A stretch of DNA of 60,271 bases, counting the filler, from Catajapyx aquilonaris (Eukaryota), in assembly GCA_000934665.2 (NCBI GenBank). It is 4 parts of 4 records of this genome, joined end to end, with 100 filler letters (N's around TTAATTAATTAA, not from the genome) between each part and the next. Parts side by side here need not be neighbours in the genome. Positions count along the whole stretch, not along the records: positions 30,341 to 45,232 come from JYFJ02007659.1; positions 45,333 to 60,271 come from KZ539720.1; 2 more parts are not named here. One strand, 5' to 3'. Under the pieces are notes generated by a model, which saw only the letters and a program-made list of their open reading frames with translations, did no database searches and was not told the origin of the DNA. Below, piece after piece: positions 36,201-49,331 of the stretch. A program made the translations under genes and the position numbers. How positions within the stretch are numbered: the first letter of the stretch is position 1; every line of letters begins with the position of its first letter.

Positions 36201-39200
36201 TTGCTCCTGCCCCTAGGGTTGAAATACGTGGGAAATGGTAGCCAGTCCCTAACAGAACATCAAGCCACCCATATTTGCAACAGAAATGCTTCTAAATGTC
36301 CCGGGAGTTGAAAGGTGTCCTTGCGGAACATCATTTTCCTATGCTACTCCATGAAAGCGCTGGAAATATCGGCCCCGACACACCAGTGGCACCGCCAGTG
36401 GCTGGACACACTTCAGCATTCTAATGTATCGAGGGAGTTTGGCCACCATACTGTGTTTATCCATCTTGTCCACAACAAAGTCCATCAGGGTAATATCTGG
36501 GCTTTTGGAGGGGCTAGGCATTGGGAAACTTCTCATTCAAGACTTCACACACTGGGATGCTGAATAAATCCATTAAGTGGCATTTAACTTCTCAGCATTC
36601 ATCCGTTCTGCTTTTGCGGCAGCAACTGAGTCCTAATAGGACATTGTTTTTTGGGGATTATTTTGGTCAATACTTTATAACTATAATTTTTTTCTCGTTT
36701 CTTATTGACAATATGTTAAGAAAATGCAACAGGAACTGACATTGTGTTACAAACTTTTTCTTGGATCTCAGGAGGATATGGGGGTGAGAGGAAGCCAACA
36801 AACTACTCTTTCCCTCATACTGATGGCTCCTTCTACGAAGGTTAGTGTTAAAAAAAAAAACCCACATTACCTCATTTTTAGCAGCTTGGATTAATACTTT
36901 CCAAGCATTGGATAGTACAGAGACACTGCCCTCACTCACATCCTCATACTGAGTGGGATCATCATCTTGGTCCTCTTCTAATGCTTCTTCCTTCAGTTGC
37001 AGCTTCCAGTCCTCCTACAATCCAAGAAGTATCATATCAGGACTGGTACAACAAAAAAGTCCAGTAAGGGCCGGTTTCACCGAGCTTGGTATATGATAAA
37101 ACCAGGTTTCTTTAGGAAAATCCATACAAATAGATAGGGATTTTGAGAAATACCCTGGTTTTATCATATACTGAGCTCGGTGAAACCAGCCCTAAGTGTG
37201 GCAAGGTTGCCAATATGACATGGAGTGTATATAGGTACTACCCTCTTATGCCAAGGATTGGTTCCAGCAACGCAGTGCAGTGGCTTAAGGGGGAGATAAA
37301 GAGAATGTGTTCCTTCTTTGAGTTCCACCTCTGGCCAAAAGAGAAGACATTCGATCCCACCCTCCCTACACAAAAGAAGGGTGGCGTTTGCGGTTGACCA
37401 TTCCCTCTAAGCACAATAAAAACCATGAAAATTAGGGTTCTCCCAACTGCTAGTAGTTCTCAAATCAGTCAAACTTTGACAAAATTATTATTTGCCGAAA
37501 ACCTATAGCTATAAACATAAAAAGCAGCAGCATAGGTCCGGAGCACCTCTTTTTCACGAATTTTTGGGTGGGTGTTATGGCATCACTTAAAATTTCACGA
37601 CGGTGTAAATTACTCCCAAATGCAAATGACCCTCCAACAGGCAACCCTTCACTCCATTTAGAGACTCAGAACCTCCCACAAACCTTCCCTACTCACTGTG
37701 TCATAGGCTTTCCCTAAGTCTACAAAGGAAACATAAACCTTCTTGTTTACAGCTAAATACTTTTCTATCACGAGTCACATACAGAATATCTGATCTACAC
37801 AACTCTTACCCAACATAAACCCACTCTGAATATTCAATATTCTCGATACTGAATATTCATCTGATCATTTTCGTGTCATAGGTGTCATGGACATACAAAC
37901 TTCTACCACAGAACCTTCTCCTCCCCCCCACCCCCCCTAACTAGTCATCCCTGATGATGGCCAAAGCCTTCACAATGACTTCGACGAGGCATTCATCTCA
38001 TTTTATGTAACCGGTGACCTAGAAAACTGCATGAAATATTTTAACTTAAGGGGGCACTAGAAAAAAATCAAGCATCTTTTCCTGTGTCAAACGCGGCAAA
38101 CTGCATCCCGAAATTCAAAAAATTGGCGCGTCCCACTAATGTACTTTTTAAATCGCATTATCGCTCTGTTACCCCACTTTTAACTCGAAACACGTTTTTC
38201 TCAGTTTGCCGGATTTGGACACTGTCGACATCGCCCAGGCCACAAAAATTTAGCTGCGGACTTCCCACTTCACCAAATTTATCCTCAAACATGGCCTAAA
38301 AGAATTAGCCTGCTCGAACTACTTCCATTTGTAACTCTCATTAAATGTTTTCTCAAAACTGCTTAATTCTGTAGTTATCTTTCTGAAATCGTCAAAAAAA
38401 TACTAACACAATTTCAAAAATTATAATTCTACGTCAAACGAAAACTACATGCTCAAGAAAGCCTGAGGTCCAATCTGACGGTTGTAGGTTGATCCCAGCG
38501 CCCTAAATCGTGTCGACAGTGGCGTGACGCCACGCGGCCCTGGAGGCCCTTCGACACACGAACGTGATTCGATTATAGGCGCTAATTGGTCATTGACTTA
38601 TGTACATTCATGAAAATAAAGTCCAACTTCTTGTCTCTAATGGTTTTTTTTGGCGAGTTTTCACAAAACCCTTGATTTTGACTATAGTGCCCCCTAATCT
38701 ACATTAACTGAATATGGCTTGCTGGTTTCCTGGACTGAAAATAATTCTAATCACTGCAGGAATCGCCCTGCCCCATGGTATGACGTTGACATAGCTAGTT
38801 CAAAGCAGATAACAAACAATGCTTTAAAAACGTGGAGTCGCTCACATGATGCTGAGGATAAGCAAGCATACTATGGCTTGAAAAGAGTGTACAGAAACTT
38901 AATAAACGTAAAAAAGAGGCAGTATTACGTGATTACACTCAGGGATCAATTACTATCGCCGAAATCGTCCACTCAATTTTGGAATTCAATAAAAGGCTCT
39001 AGAGCTTTTAAGGCTCACCCGAAAATTGACAATAACCTATGGTGGCGCCACTTAAAAATCCTTTAACTCGATAACCATTCCCCCTACGAATACTAACTCT
39101 GACCAGCTGATTGTGCCTTCCCACTATGTCCCCATCTTAGATCACCCCCTGTCTCTAAGTGATATCGTCATTCGGAACCTACGTGGCAAGACAGCTCCAG

Positions 39201-42149
39201 GACCAGACTTCAACACAAATGCTCTTCTGATTAACAGCTCTCCCAAGATGAAGAAAGGTCTCTATGACATCTGTGAATCATGTTTATGTTCTCAAATCTT
39301 TCCTGACAGTTGGGCGGTAACAAAAAAAATTATTCCAATTTTTAAGGCAGGCGAGAGGAATGATCCAAACAACTATAGGCCGATTGCTTTATTCAATAAT
39401 ATCAAGAAAACTATTTACGACTATAATAGCGAATAGACTTCGTAGGTGGATTGACACATACCAGTTAATCCCAGACTGGCAAGCGGCTTTTCAGCGGGGG
39501 AGGTCATGTCTGGATCATTTATTTACACTATCTATGTTAATACAAAAATATCTAAGTAAACCCAAAGGGAAGCTGTATGCTGTATTTATTGACTTATCCT
39601 AGGCCTTTTTGACTCTATAAGCCACGAGCTGCTTTTCTGGAAACTGAGGAAACTAGGGATGCTCACATTAATTCAACTGATATGCAGCAAAATGTCGATA
39701 ACGAGTGGAGACCCCAATCAAGCAATATAAAAATTGTACATGGCCTACCACAAGGAGAATCCATGAGCCCCATGTTGTTTAACCTTTTTTAATCAGATTT
39801 GGCAGAATATAATATAATAATAATAATAATCCTGGGGGTAGTGCTTGACCTTACGGTATTCAGCACGGACCTTTATTGTGTCGTCGTACCATTTTGGAAC
39901 CTTTTTGCAAAGCGCCCGGGCCCACGGGCAGGATGACAGGAGGGGATGTGCAAGGTGCAGTGCAATGTCGTAAGCTGTGGTCATTTTGTGAACTCCCCCG
40001 GGTGGCTTAGTCTGTTGGAAATACCACCCGAAACGAAGCCAGAGATGACCCCGAACTCTGCACGAGATGAAGGGGGTGTCCCCGGGCTGGGATCGAACCC
40101 GGGACCTTAACATCCGTGGGCGCGTGCGTTACCGCAGCGCCACTCCGTCTCCCCGATTTGGCAGAATACCTGCAACAACACGATGCTAAGGGAGTAAATT
40201 TGGGCCCCGGATTAGGTGACATAACTATTCTAGCATATGCTGATGACTTAGTCCTTTTGTCAGATAACCCACTTTATCTGCAATGTAATTTAAATATTCT
40301 TTGAAAACGGGAGATGAAGTGGATTCGCGGTGCACCCACGGACATGAAGGTCCCGGGTTCAATCCCCACCCGGGGTTCCCACCTTTATCCATGCAGAGTT
40401 GGGCCATCTCTGGCTTCACTTCGGGTGGAAATTTCCTAAAGACTAATCCACCCGGGGGAGTTCACAAAATGACCACTCAACAACAGCGCACATGTACTTT
40501 CCACATCCCCTCCTACCTACCAGGAGTAAATAATAAGATCTTCTTATCGCTCCAAATAAATCCCAATGGTGGTAATCCACCCCCCCCCCCCACNCCCCAC
40601 CCCCCCAAAAGGAGTAGATAGCTCGTAATGCAAAAATAATAATAATCTGTGAAAATATTTCGAGATAAATAATTTACAGATAAACCTAAAAAAGACAAAA
40701 TAATGTTCTTTGTTTCTGCAGAGGTGGTAGGCAACCGGACGGGTGGGATAAAACTCGTTTAACTCCGTCCAACTCTTACATTATTTAGGGGTCCCATTTT
40801 CCATATTGGGAAAATTTCAAATAGCGGCACATTACTTCAAGGCCAAAGCTATAGCTGTGTTAAATTCCCTATGGACAACTCTCATCAAACTAAAAATACG
40901 AGACATCCAGGTTGCTATTAAGTTATTTAACACCCACATTCTTCCAATAATAACATACGGAGCTCAGGAATGGGGCTTAGCCCAATATGAGGTCATCAAC
41001 CAAGTCCAACTTTTTTTCTGAAAAAACTTTCATTACTACCTAAAAATTCCGCTTCATATTTTGTTTATCTGGAAACTGGCCAAATCCCTCTGAAGTTAAA
41101 TTTGGTTAAACTAGTTGCAAAGCTTATCACTAAGTTTGATAAGCTTCCGGATAACACTATTTTATGGATGGCATATGACTATTCCATTGCACCCAATATA
41201 CCAAATTGGTGTAAATCCTGCCACGTATTATTAGATCAACTGGGGTTAAGGTGGCAAGATCTACAGACTGACCTACCAGTACTACTTACCAAAGTCAAGC
41301 TTCAGTTAAAAACTCAATTGCTAACTGGATTGGATCATACTCATAGATATAATCATTACAAGATGATTAACAGAACCATGGCTTGGAAGCATATCTTTCA
41401 TATGGTCTCCCCCTTTATCCACAGAGTATGCTGATAAATTTAAGAAATGGTGGTGGAGGCAGAGTGGTGCTGTGGTAACGTATGCGCCCACGGATGTTAA
41501 GGTCCCGGGTTCGATCCCAGCCCAGGGACACCCCCTTCATCTCGTGCAGAGTTCAGTGTCACCTCTGGCTTCGTCTCGGGTGGTATTTCCAACAGACTAA
41601 ACCACCCGGGGGAGTTCACTAAAAATGGCCACGTTTAAGACATTTCACTGCACCTTGCACATCCCCTCCTGTCATCCTGCCCGTTGGCCCGGGCATTTCA
41701 AAAATATGGTCTATGTACTACAAGTTACAATAAAGGTCCGTGCCGCATACCCTATATAGGGTCAGGCACTACCCAAGAATTATTATTATTAATTATTATA
41801 ATTTAAGAAATTGTTCAAAATACCTTCCCATTAAGCCTGGTGTGTCAATACAAATTGTTACTGAAGATAACTGTGATTAGTGCAACTTAAATATTCCTCT
41901 AACTCCACATCACTTATTGTTTGAGAGCCCCATATTTGCTACTCCCCGAAAAATTTATCTCCACGCTTTATCTGTTCTCCCCCTGGAACTAACACCTTTG
42001 TTTTCCATAAATTACCGAAACAACAAATTTTTCTATTGTACTCGTTTTTCTCAAATGTTTGTAAGAGTATATAGTTATGCTATTGAATGTAAATGGTGGT
42101 TATGTGTCTCCCTAATAATGACCCATAGGTCAGAGAACAGAGTATGAAA

Positions 42150-42200
<51 letters not shown>

Positions 42201-45200
42201 AATAAATAAATAAATAAATAAATAAATAAAATAAATATTCAGTATTCTCTGATTTGTGACCCTCTTAACTAAAACCATCTTTAAATATTAATGAATAAAG
42301 GTGACAGTCACAAATTGACACATGGTTGTTATTTCTTACGACAAGAAATATCTGGGTGGTTTCATAAGTCATGGCGCATATTTTTAAATTCTAAAATGGT
42401 AACACATACAGAGATGACCTTTGTTGAGTTTTGAAGCTCCGGCGATTACAATTTGATCTGGCATATACAGGGTGGGCGAAAAGTCCCAGGACACCTGGCT
42501 TTTTTTGCCTGCAAAACAAATCTGTGCATGGAAAATGTGTCGGAGATGCTGGTGTAACATCTTCTGGACATCTGACGACCCCCAACAACACCCACAATAA
42601 ATTAACAATGTTAACAGTGCAAGATGGCGGATACGAGCGGGTTCACTGTGGAGGAGAGACTTGTGGCTACTGTGTGGGTCCACGAGAGGCCTCATACGGG
42701 AAAGAACCTAACTCACATCATGCAGGATATCAGGGCTTGTTTTGGTAAGGCGCCACTGAGAAGAAGTAACTTGTTCAAGTGGGAGAAAAAAGCATTAGCA
42801 TGTGAAATGTGAAAGACGGGAAGCGTGAAAGACACTTCCCTTGCTAAATACTTTTTTCTCCCACTTGAACAAGTTACTTCTTCTCAGTGGCGCCTTACCA
42901 AAACGAGCCCTGATATCCTGCATGATGTGCGTTAGGTTCTTTCCCGTATGAGGCCTCTCGTGGACCCACACAGTAGCCACAAGTCTCTCCTCCACAGTGA
43001 ACCCGCTCGTATCCGCCATCTTGCACTGTTAACATTGTTAATTTATTGTGGGTGTTGTTGGGGGTCGTCAGATGTCCAGAAGATGTTACACCAGCATCTC
43101 CGACACATTTTCCATGCACAGATTTGTTTTGCAGGCAAAAAAAGCCAGGTGTCCTGGGACTTTTCGCCCACCCTGTAGATGTTGCCCATATCACGGGGAG
43201 GCACCCTATCTATCTATCACCCCCACCCCCCACCGTCCTAAGACGGCTCCAGCCTGACATGCTTGGAGCTGTTGGACGCTGCATGCTGGACACTCAGAGA
43301 TGGACAACACTGGAGCTTGCTTTCGAGTGTGGGACAAGTCAGATCACTATGGGTATGGCCAGAGCCATGTGTCATCCATATCCACAATCTGTTTTTTTAA
43401 AAAAAACATCACCCTCAATGCGATCCAGTTCCAAGTGAAGGCAATATGGTGGAACTTTTGCACCTCAAAGAGATGGAGAAACGTGTGAGGATGCCAACTT
43501 CCTCTTTCAGTGTCCTAACTCCTAAGCATAGTGCTCTGACTTGTCCCACACTTGAAAGCACCCTCAAGGGTTGTCCATCTCCGAGTGTCCTGCATGCAGC
43601 ATCGAACTGCTCCAAGCGCATCAGGCTGGAGCCATCTTAGGGCAATGGTGTGGTAGGGGGGTCACAATCCCCTTATGTTTACCGGCCTCCCCTGCGATAT
43701 GGGCAACATCTACATGCCAGATCAAATTGTAATCGCCGGAGCTTCAAATATTACCATTTTTGAATAGCAAAATACGCACCATGACGTATGAAACAACCCA
43801 CATAAATGTTGAACAAGGAAAACATCCACAAAATTTTTGAACAATCTGGAGCAGATTCAGAATTTTTTCGTGACGGAAACTGATGTTATATGAGGGATAA
43901 GTGTCTCTGGGGATCACCATAGGCTATGAAACAACACCCTAAGTAAGTCTCTTGCAAGGCCCACCCCAACTACAAATTATTATTCAGCCCTATCACTGCA
44001 CCATTATGTAGTTAGAAAAATCTGACTTATAATCTAATGAGAAGAGATTGAAAAACGCACACAGAAAATGCACTACTTAATGTTCAAATAATAATTATTG
44101 GAACATTAAGTAGTGCATTTTCCGTGTTGCCTAATTGGCCATAACCTATTTTGGCTAAAATGGATTATAATCAATTTTAGCCAAAATAGGTTTTTTCCAC
44201 TGCTAACACAACATTTGCATAACCCATATAATTAATGTTTAAAAAGTGCCCAATATTTACCTGGCATTCAAATCCATCATCAAGTATCTCTGGTGAATCA
44301 GGTACTTCTACCTGAAATTATCATCATTATAAGTGAAGCACTCAGAAGCAAAAGTGATTAAGTCACTTTGACAAACTTTTCAGGACAGGCCTTTGAAATA
44401 TTCAAAAATTCCTACAAATACCAAGGTGTGTCAGTATGGTCACAATTTCTTCCCATCTTGCAGATATGGACAAAAACCACTTGAGCAAAAATGTTGGGAG
44501 TGATTTCTGTCATGTGAGGCACTGAATTAAAAGGCCAAAGGTAATTGACTTAGCCTCTTTTGCCTTGTGACGCAGCAAAAGTGAATAAGTCACTGACTTA
44601 TCCACTTTTACCTTGTCACTACCATCGTTAGTAGCACAATAAAGCTAAGACAATGCAAGAATAATGTGTGGACATGAGACATGTTATCATTGCAAATGAT
44701 CATGAACGCCTTGAAAATCACTTTTATTGACCCAGAAAGCATTCCAAAGCACAGTGGCGTCGCAGATGCGGGAGGTGCGGACCGCACCGGGTGACACCCT
44801 CAAAGGCCGGTGACACCCAAGTGATTGTTTAAAAAATTATTTCCTAATTTTATATATCACCTAATACGCTAATAGCACCGCCACACCGGGTGACACGAGT
44901 GACACAGGGACACCCTCAAAGGGGGTGATACCCAATAGATTGTAAAAAGGACCTCATGCATTAAGCATACTAAAAAGGATCCCGAAATTGATTTCTTCGT
45001 GCTTCGGATATGTTGTTGGGGGTGGCGAGTAGGCCCCGTGTGCAAAAGGAGCGGCCTCGATTGGCCGCGGTTAGGCTTGTAGGCCGGTCACGTGACCTAG
45101 CCTTTAAAAAATCACCATGCCCAAACGACTTTGATTTAAGGGCGCACGATCACGACGATTTTTCCCACTCGCGGAGGGCAAGTTTGGCCGAGGGACGGGT

Positions 45201-46102
45201 GCTGCGTTGTGTTCGCACCGCCGGTGTGGCCGNNNNNNNNNNNNNNNNNNNNNNNNNNNNNNNNNNNNNNNNNNNNTTAATTAATTAANNNNNNNNNNNN
45301 NNNNNNNNNNNNNNNNNNNNNNNNNNNNNNNNTCCACGAAAGTGTAGGCCTCTGAGTGAGAGAGAAGGTCTCCCAAGAAGAGTGTAGGCGCTTGACCCTT
45401 CTGGGCTTCCGTACTTCTGGGCTTCCGTACAACCCTCCCTCTCTACCGCAAAACGTGTAGCCCACCACATGGGACTATAGCGTTACATCATCACCCTTGC
45501 CGCTCTTCTGTCACCAACCCCATCAGGAGTACACCCTTCAGGACACCTCCTCCTACTCAAGGGGGTAATCACTTCGGTGCTTCGGTGTACACCTGCTTGT
45601 GGTACTCCCAGATACTCCTTAGGTACTTTACTCTTTGGTACTCCTTGGTACTCCTTGAATTTTGGTAGGCCCCTACTCCAGTGTACACTCTTCAGTCGAG
45701 TGGTTACCCCCTTGCTCCTACTCCTCCTCCGACTCTCCAAGAAGTATGAGGGGCGGAACCCGGACACTGCCAGCCCACAAAAAAAATCGGGTGTCCGCCA
45801 CTTATCAATCAGCATTTGTGACGAGGCATCTCCGGCGAAAAGGCCCCGCCCCATTGGCCAAAACGTCTTGAACACTCCCCTTTAAGCACCAACATTCATT
45901 CATTCGGGAGGAGGCGGGGATGTGTGTAAAGTAAAGCGGTGAGCATCAATATAATGGGTCGAATTTTCGTTAATACTGCTAATGTAGCAGTACCATTCCC
46001 AACACTGGTAGGTCTGCTGCTAAGTTAGCAGTAACTAGCAGTGGGACGAAAATTCCACCCTATGTCTTTAAAAATTGGGGAAACAATGGCATTACCTGCC
46101 AT
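33288..46102 (-). CDS. C2H2 zinc-finger protein (8 fingers) with short acidic N-terminal exons
   Basis: Terminal exon 33288-34235 has 8 CxxC..HxxxH fingers with TGEKP-type linkers (high confidence). In-phase exons 36940-37014 (EDWKLQLKEEALEED..) and 44261-44307/44311 (EVPDSPEILDDGFECQ). Putative start exon 46096-46102 (ATG GCA G) lies across an assembly linker and is less certain. Confidence 0.8.
37068..37193. mobile_element. Harbinger-like MITE
   Basis: TAA-GGGCCGGTTTCACCGAGCT...AGCTCGGTGAAACCAGCCC-TAA. Confidence 0.8.
38048..38696. mobile_element. DNA transposon relic
   Basis: GGGGGCACTA.. / ..TAGTGCCCCC inverted termini with TAA flanks. Confidence 0.55.
39810..40154 (-). mobile_element. 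tRNA-derived SINE inserted in the LINE
   Basis: Head GGGGAGACGGAGTGGCGCTGCGGTAACG..GGTTCGATCCC, (ATT)n tail, 14-bp TSD GATTTGGCAGAATA. Confidence 0.9.
40309..40535 (+). mobile_element. Diverged copy of the same SINE family
   Basis: CCCACGGAC..AAGGTCCCGGGTTCAATCCC and CCACCCGGGGGAGTTCACAAAATGACCAC shared with 39810-40154. Confidence 0.75.
41449..41799 (+). mobile_element. tRNA-derived SINE inserted in the LINE
   Basis: Same family as 39810-40154; 12-bp TSD AATTTAAGAAAT at 41437 and 41800. Confidence 0.9.
42350..43803. mobile_element. Large foldback element, interrupted at a TA by a mariner hairpin
   Basis: TTGAAGCTCCGGCGATTACAATTTGATCTGGCA(TA)...GATGTTGCCCATATC is mirrored by GATATGGGCAACATCTACATGCCAGATCAAATTGTAATCGCCGGAGCTTCAA. 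Confidence 0.8.
42468..43175. mobile_element. Tc1/mariner foldback made of two inverted left ends, each with the transposase N-terminus
   Basis: TA-CAGGGTGGGCGAAAAGTCCC...GGGACTTTTCGCCCACCCTG-TA. MADTSGFTVEERL...RFGKAP..NLFKWEKK..GSV (HTH N-terminus) is encoded on both strands. Arms about 325 bp, nearly identical. Confidence 0.9.
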
Positions 46103-46618
46103 CTTTCAAAAGTGCATCCCGAAGATATACGCAACACTATAGGCTTTGTAGTTGTAGTTCATAGTCCAAAGGCAGTATCAAAGACGGGGTCCCACCCACC
46201 GCCTTATAATAACTTAATTCCACCCACTCTGCCAAGCTCCGGGTCATCCGCCGCGCTAACTATACTATAGAGACGACTAGAAAAGTAAAGAGTCTTAACC
46301 GAGCTTCATATCTCGCTCTCAAGTTATCACGGTGGATCATGGATAGTCCATATTCACTCGATGAGTCCATGCCAATGATCCCACATCCCATCAAACATGC
46401 GGATGCTGGAAGACGGCCCGGCCGTGTGTCATTCCACTTTTTTTTTTTATTAACATTGTGCACTACGAGAATGTGCAACTACTGCAACATACAATATTTT
46501 CTCACTCTGAGTAATTATTCAAGAGCAGTATTTTAATATTGTAGGTTCCTGTGTTACTGTCCTATTAATTGCCCCGCTTAAATCCGCCAATACTGCATGG
46601 ATTGGTCAAGCTCTATGA

Positions 46619-46860
46619 CAATGGTTCCCAACCTTTTTCGGGTCGTGACCCCCTTTTATGATAGTCAAGTAACCTGCGACCCCCCCCCCCCCCCCCCCCC
46701 CCCCNACCCCCCCCCCCCCGCCCCCCGAGTGTTAAAGTAGGCGTTGAAAAAAAAAAAAACCTTTGCGATGAAATTGCCTATAAATTTAGTAATTTTCAGT
46801 AATTTTTAATTTATAGAAATTAACCGCGGCCATGCGCGATCCCCAGGTTGGGAACCATAG
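46619..46860. mobile_element. hAT (Charlie-like) MITE
   Basis: CAATGGTTCCCAACC / GGTTGGGAACCATAG; related to 8726-8955. Confidence 0.7.
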
Positions 46861-47774
46861 ATATCGGAATACGGCAGGCACAATTTCATTGTGTTGATAA
46901 TGCAATTTCCGTTACCGTATATCTATGTTGGGAACCGCTACTCGTGCTCTGAGGACCAAACATGGTGGCACCAACGCAACGAATCGTGACCATACTCCGT
47001 CACTAGACAATCGGGAGGGGGGGGGTCCTTAATTTTATCGCGATGGGAATGTTTGTGAAGGACGTTTCCATGTGCAGCATTCATTTTGCTGACGACCGTG
47101 GTACACGCACTATTGTCCGTTTCTAATACCACATTTTGATGAATACACTGCATTTTAATCTCACCCCCCTACCGGCTGCTTTAGCAATCAATCGTTACCC
47201 TTCCCCAGCCCTTCCCCATATCAGCAATGTTGTCACCCTGGTAGCGTCGGCTATGTAAACAAACGACAGGTGTCCAGGAAGCAAAGACCGTATATGCAGG
47301 AAGTATAGAGCGGAACCCAACTATGGAAGGAGACGTGGCGTTTGATTTGCATTAGGGCTGGAACCCAGCTGAAATCAGTTAGTTTTGCTTCTCAATCTTG
47401 ATGAACAGTAACATGCTACATCTGCTAATTTGGCTTCTCGTGCAGTGTTGTAATTTATGTTAGGGCTATTCGGTGAATCACAAGGTTTTCAAGTTGCACT
47501 AGATGCAGAATGGTGTCATCGCCATGCCCAAGTACAGTAATACAATAAATCATTAAACAACGGGACAAGGTCAATTTGGGATTGAAACAGACGTATGCTG
47601 ATGTAATGTGAATTATAGGATAATTCAATTTATTAGCAGACCAGTACTATATTTCTCTCAAATGTTGGCTTCAGAGAAGGTTTACACCATGACTGATTTG
47701 ATCTTATTGGTACAAAAGCAATGTAGTTTAAGCTGCATGAGAACAGGAAAGTTCAGCTGTTGACATAATTACAG

Positions 47775-49265
47775 ATGGCGGCAGACCAGGAAGCACTTTG
47801 CCATGAGCAGCAAGTTCAACTGCAGAAAGCCGGTAGGAAAGTGGCAGATTATCTGATTCAGCAAATTCAGCAGATGCAGAGAAGTGGAAAACATCTGCAG
47901 GTTAAAAAGGGCTTTGTACCAACGATTTCCACACCTAAGCCGCATTTCAACAAGGGTGCCATCATTCCTCCAGGCCTCAGGAGGAGGTCTTCATATTGCA
48001 AACCACCCCAACCTTGTGATTGCATAATATCTGAACCCCCGAAAGCTACAGGCATAGTTGATGCTATTTCAAATGCCCTACCTTATGCTTATCTCACACC
48101 AGCCACGAGTCGCATAATGAAGTCTGAGCACAAGCGCCATGTGTTGACCACTCTTCGTATGTCTGCTGATCCTGTATCTTCCCATCAGAGAGTTCTGCGG
48201 GATTGTCGAGATGCAGACCATAGACTAACACTACTTCTGAGACTGCAGGAAAAGGAGAGCAACAACGCAGTAAACAGGAAGAAGGTTGCAGAAGGTTCAG
48301 GTATAGGGAGGGCCTGCAGGTCGGCAATCCGTGACAAGAGGATCTTGGTGGCCACGCTGCAGAGATTATTCCAGGAATACCATCTGCAAATACAGAAGCA
48401 GGAAGCACAACATTCCTTTAAAGATGAAATGTTAGCCCTGAAGCTGTCAAGGGATGCTTTTAAGGAGCATATAAGCCAAATCAGGGATACTCAACGTGAG
48501 CAGAATGAGCATTTTTCAAGGCCATCAGCGCATGTCGAGCTGTGGCAACAAGAGTATCCTTTTGTCCGGTGTAATTACATTAAGTAGGGGAGGTGTAGAT
48601 GGCCGAGATGGTAACGTCTCTGCTTGCTGAGTGAAAAGCCCCAGGTTCGATCCCCGCCTGGGGAGCTTTCCTTTCACCTGCGTCAGGAGGGTCTCTGACC
48701 TGCACCTTATTGGAGGTGTCTGGCAACCTAACCTCCTGGGGAACAACACATGACCCCTTTACAGACCTTGCACTTGCACCACATGTTCCCTCCTCAAAAA
48801 TCCCTATCCTTACCAATGTCCCTGTCTCCTTGCACCAGTGAGGGAAGAAAATAGTACACAGTTACTAGAAAACTGATGGTGGTGTGCCACCCCCCTAAAA
48901 CGGCTCCGCCTTATCACGGGGTAACGTAAAAAAATTAATAACAACAACAACAACATGAAGTAACTGTACTGTCCATCATTTGCAAGAAACAACCGAAGCA
49001 GGTTGGTGTAGTGGATATGGAGTCCGCCTGCTAATCGGGAGGTCCTGGGTTCGAATCCCGGGGCCAGCGACCCTGACCGTGGTTTTCTGTGGTTTCCCAC
49101 GGTCCTTCCAGGATAATTCTGGGGTCGTTTCCGTAACAACAGGCCACAGCCACTTCCTTCCATCCCTATCCTATCCCAAAAAGCAAAGTAAAATGAAAGC
49201 AAAGAGTTCCAGTCAAAAACAAAAATTTCCCCCCTAAAGAGCCGCCGGCTGATAACGGGGTATGA

Positions 49266-49331
<66 letters not shown>

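Larger units (their letters stand above)
38750..42236 (+). mobile_element. Decayed non-LTR retrotransposon (LINE ORF2 reverse transcriptase; CR1/L2/RTE-X-like), antisense within a zinc-finger gene intron
   Basis: Ordered, frameshifted RT motifs: PWYD, KTAPGPD, PIFKAG..DPNNYRPIAL, QAAFQRGRSCLDH, LYAVFIDL, GLPQG..SPMLFNLF, YADDLVL, LPIITYG..WG. Ends in an (AAAT)n tail at 42147-42236. Confidence 0.9.

Noticed and set aside
36290..37860. Short mariner (SPDITLMDF) and LINE RT (FVDLGKAYD) fragments on the minus strand
   Set aside because: Highly decayed relics with boundaries I cannot define; ordinary intronic debris.
48587..48665. tRNA-like sequences (also at 16059, 22867, 40080, 41452, 48997) as tRNA genes
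   Set aside because: They continue into SINE bodies with simple-repeat tails and TSDs, and the cloverleaf stems are degenerate.
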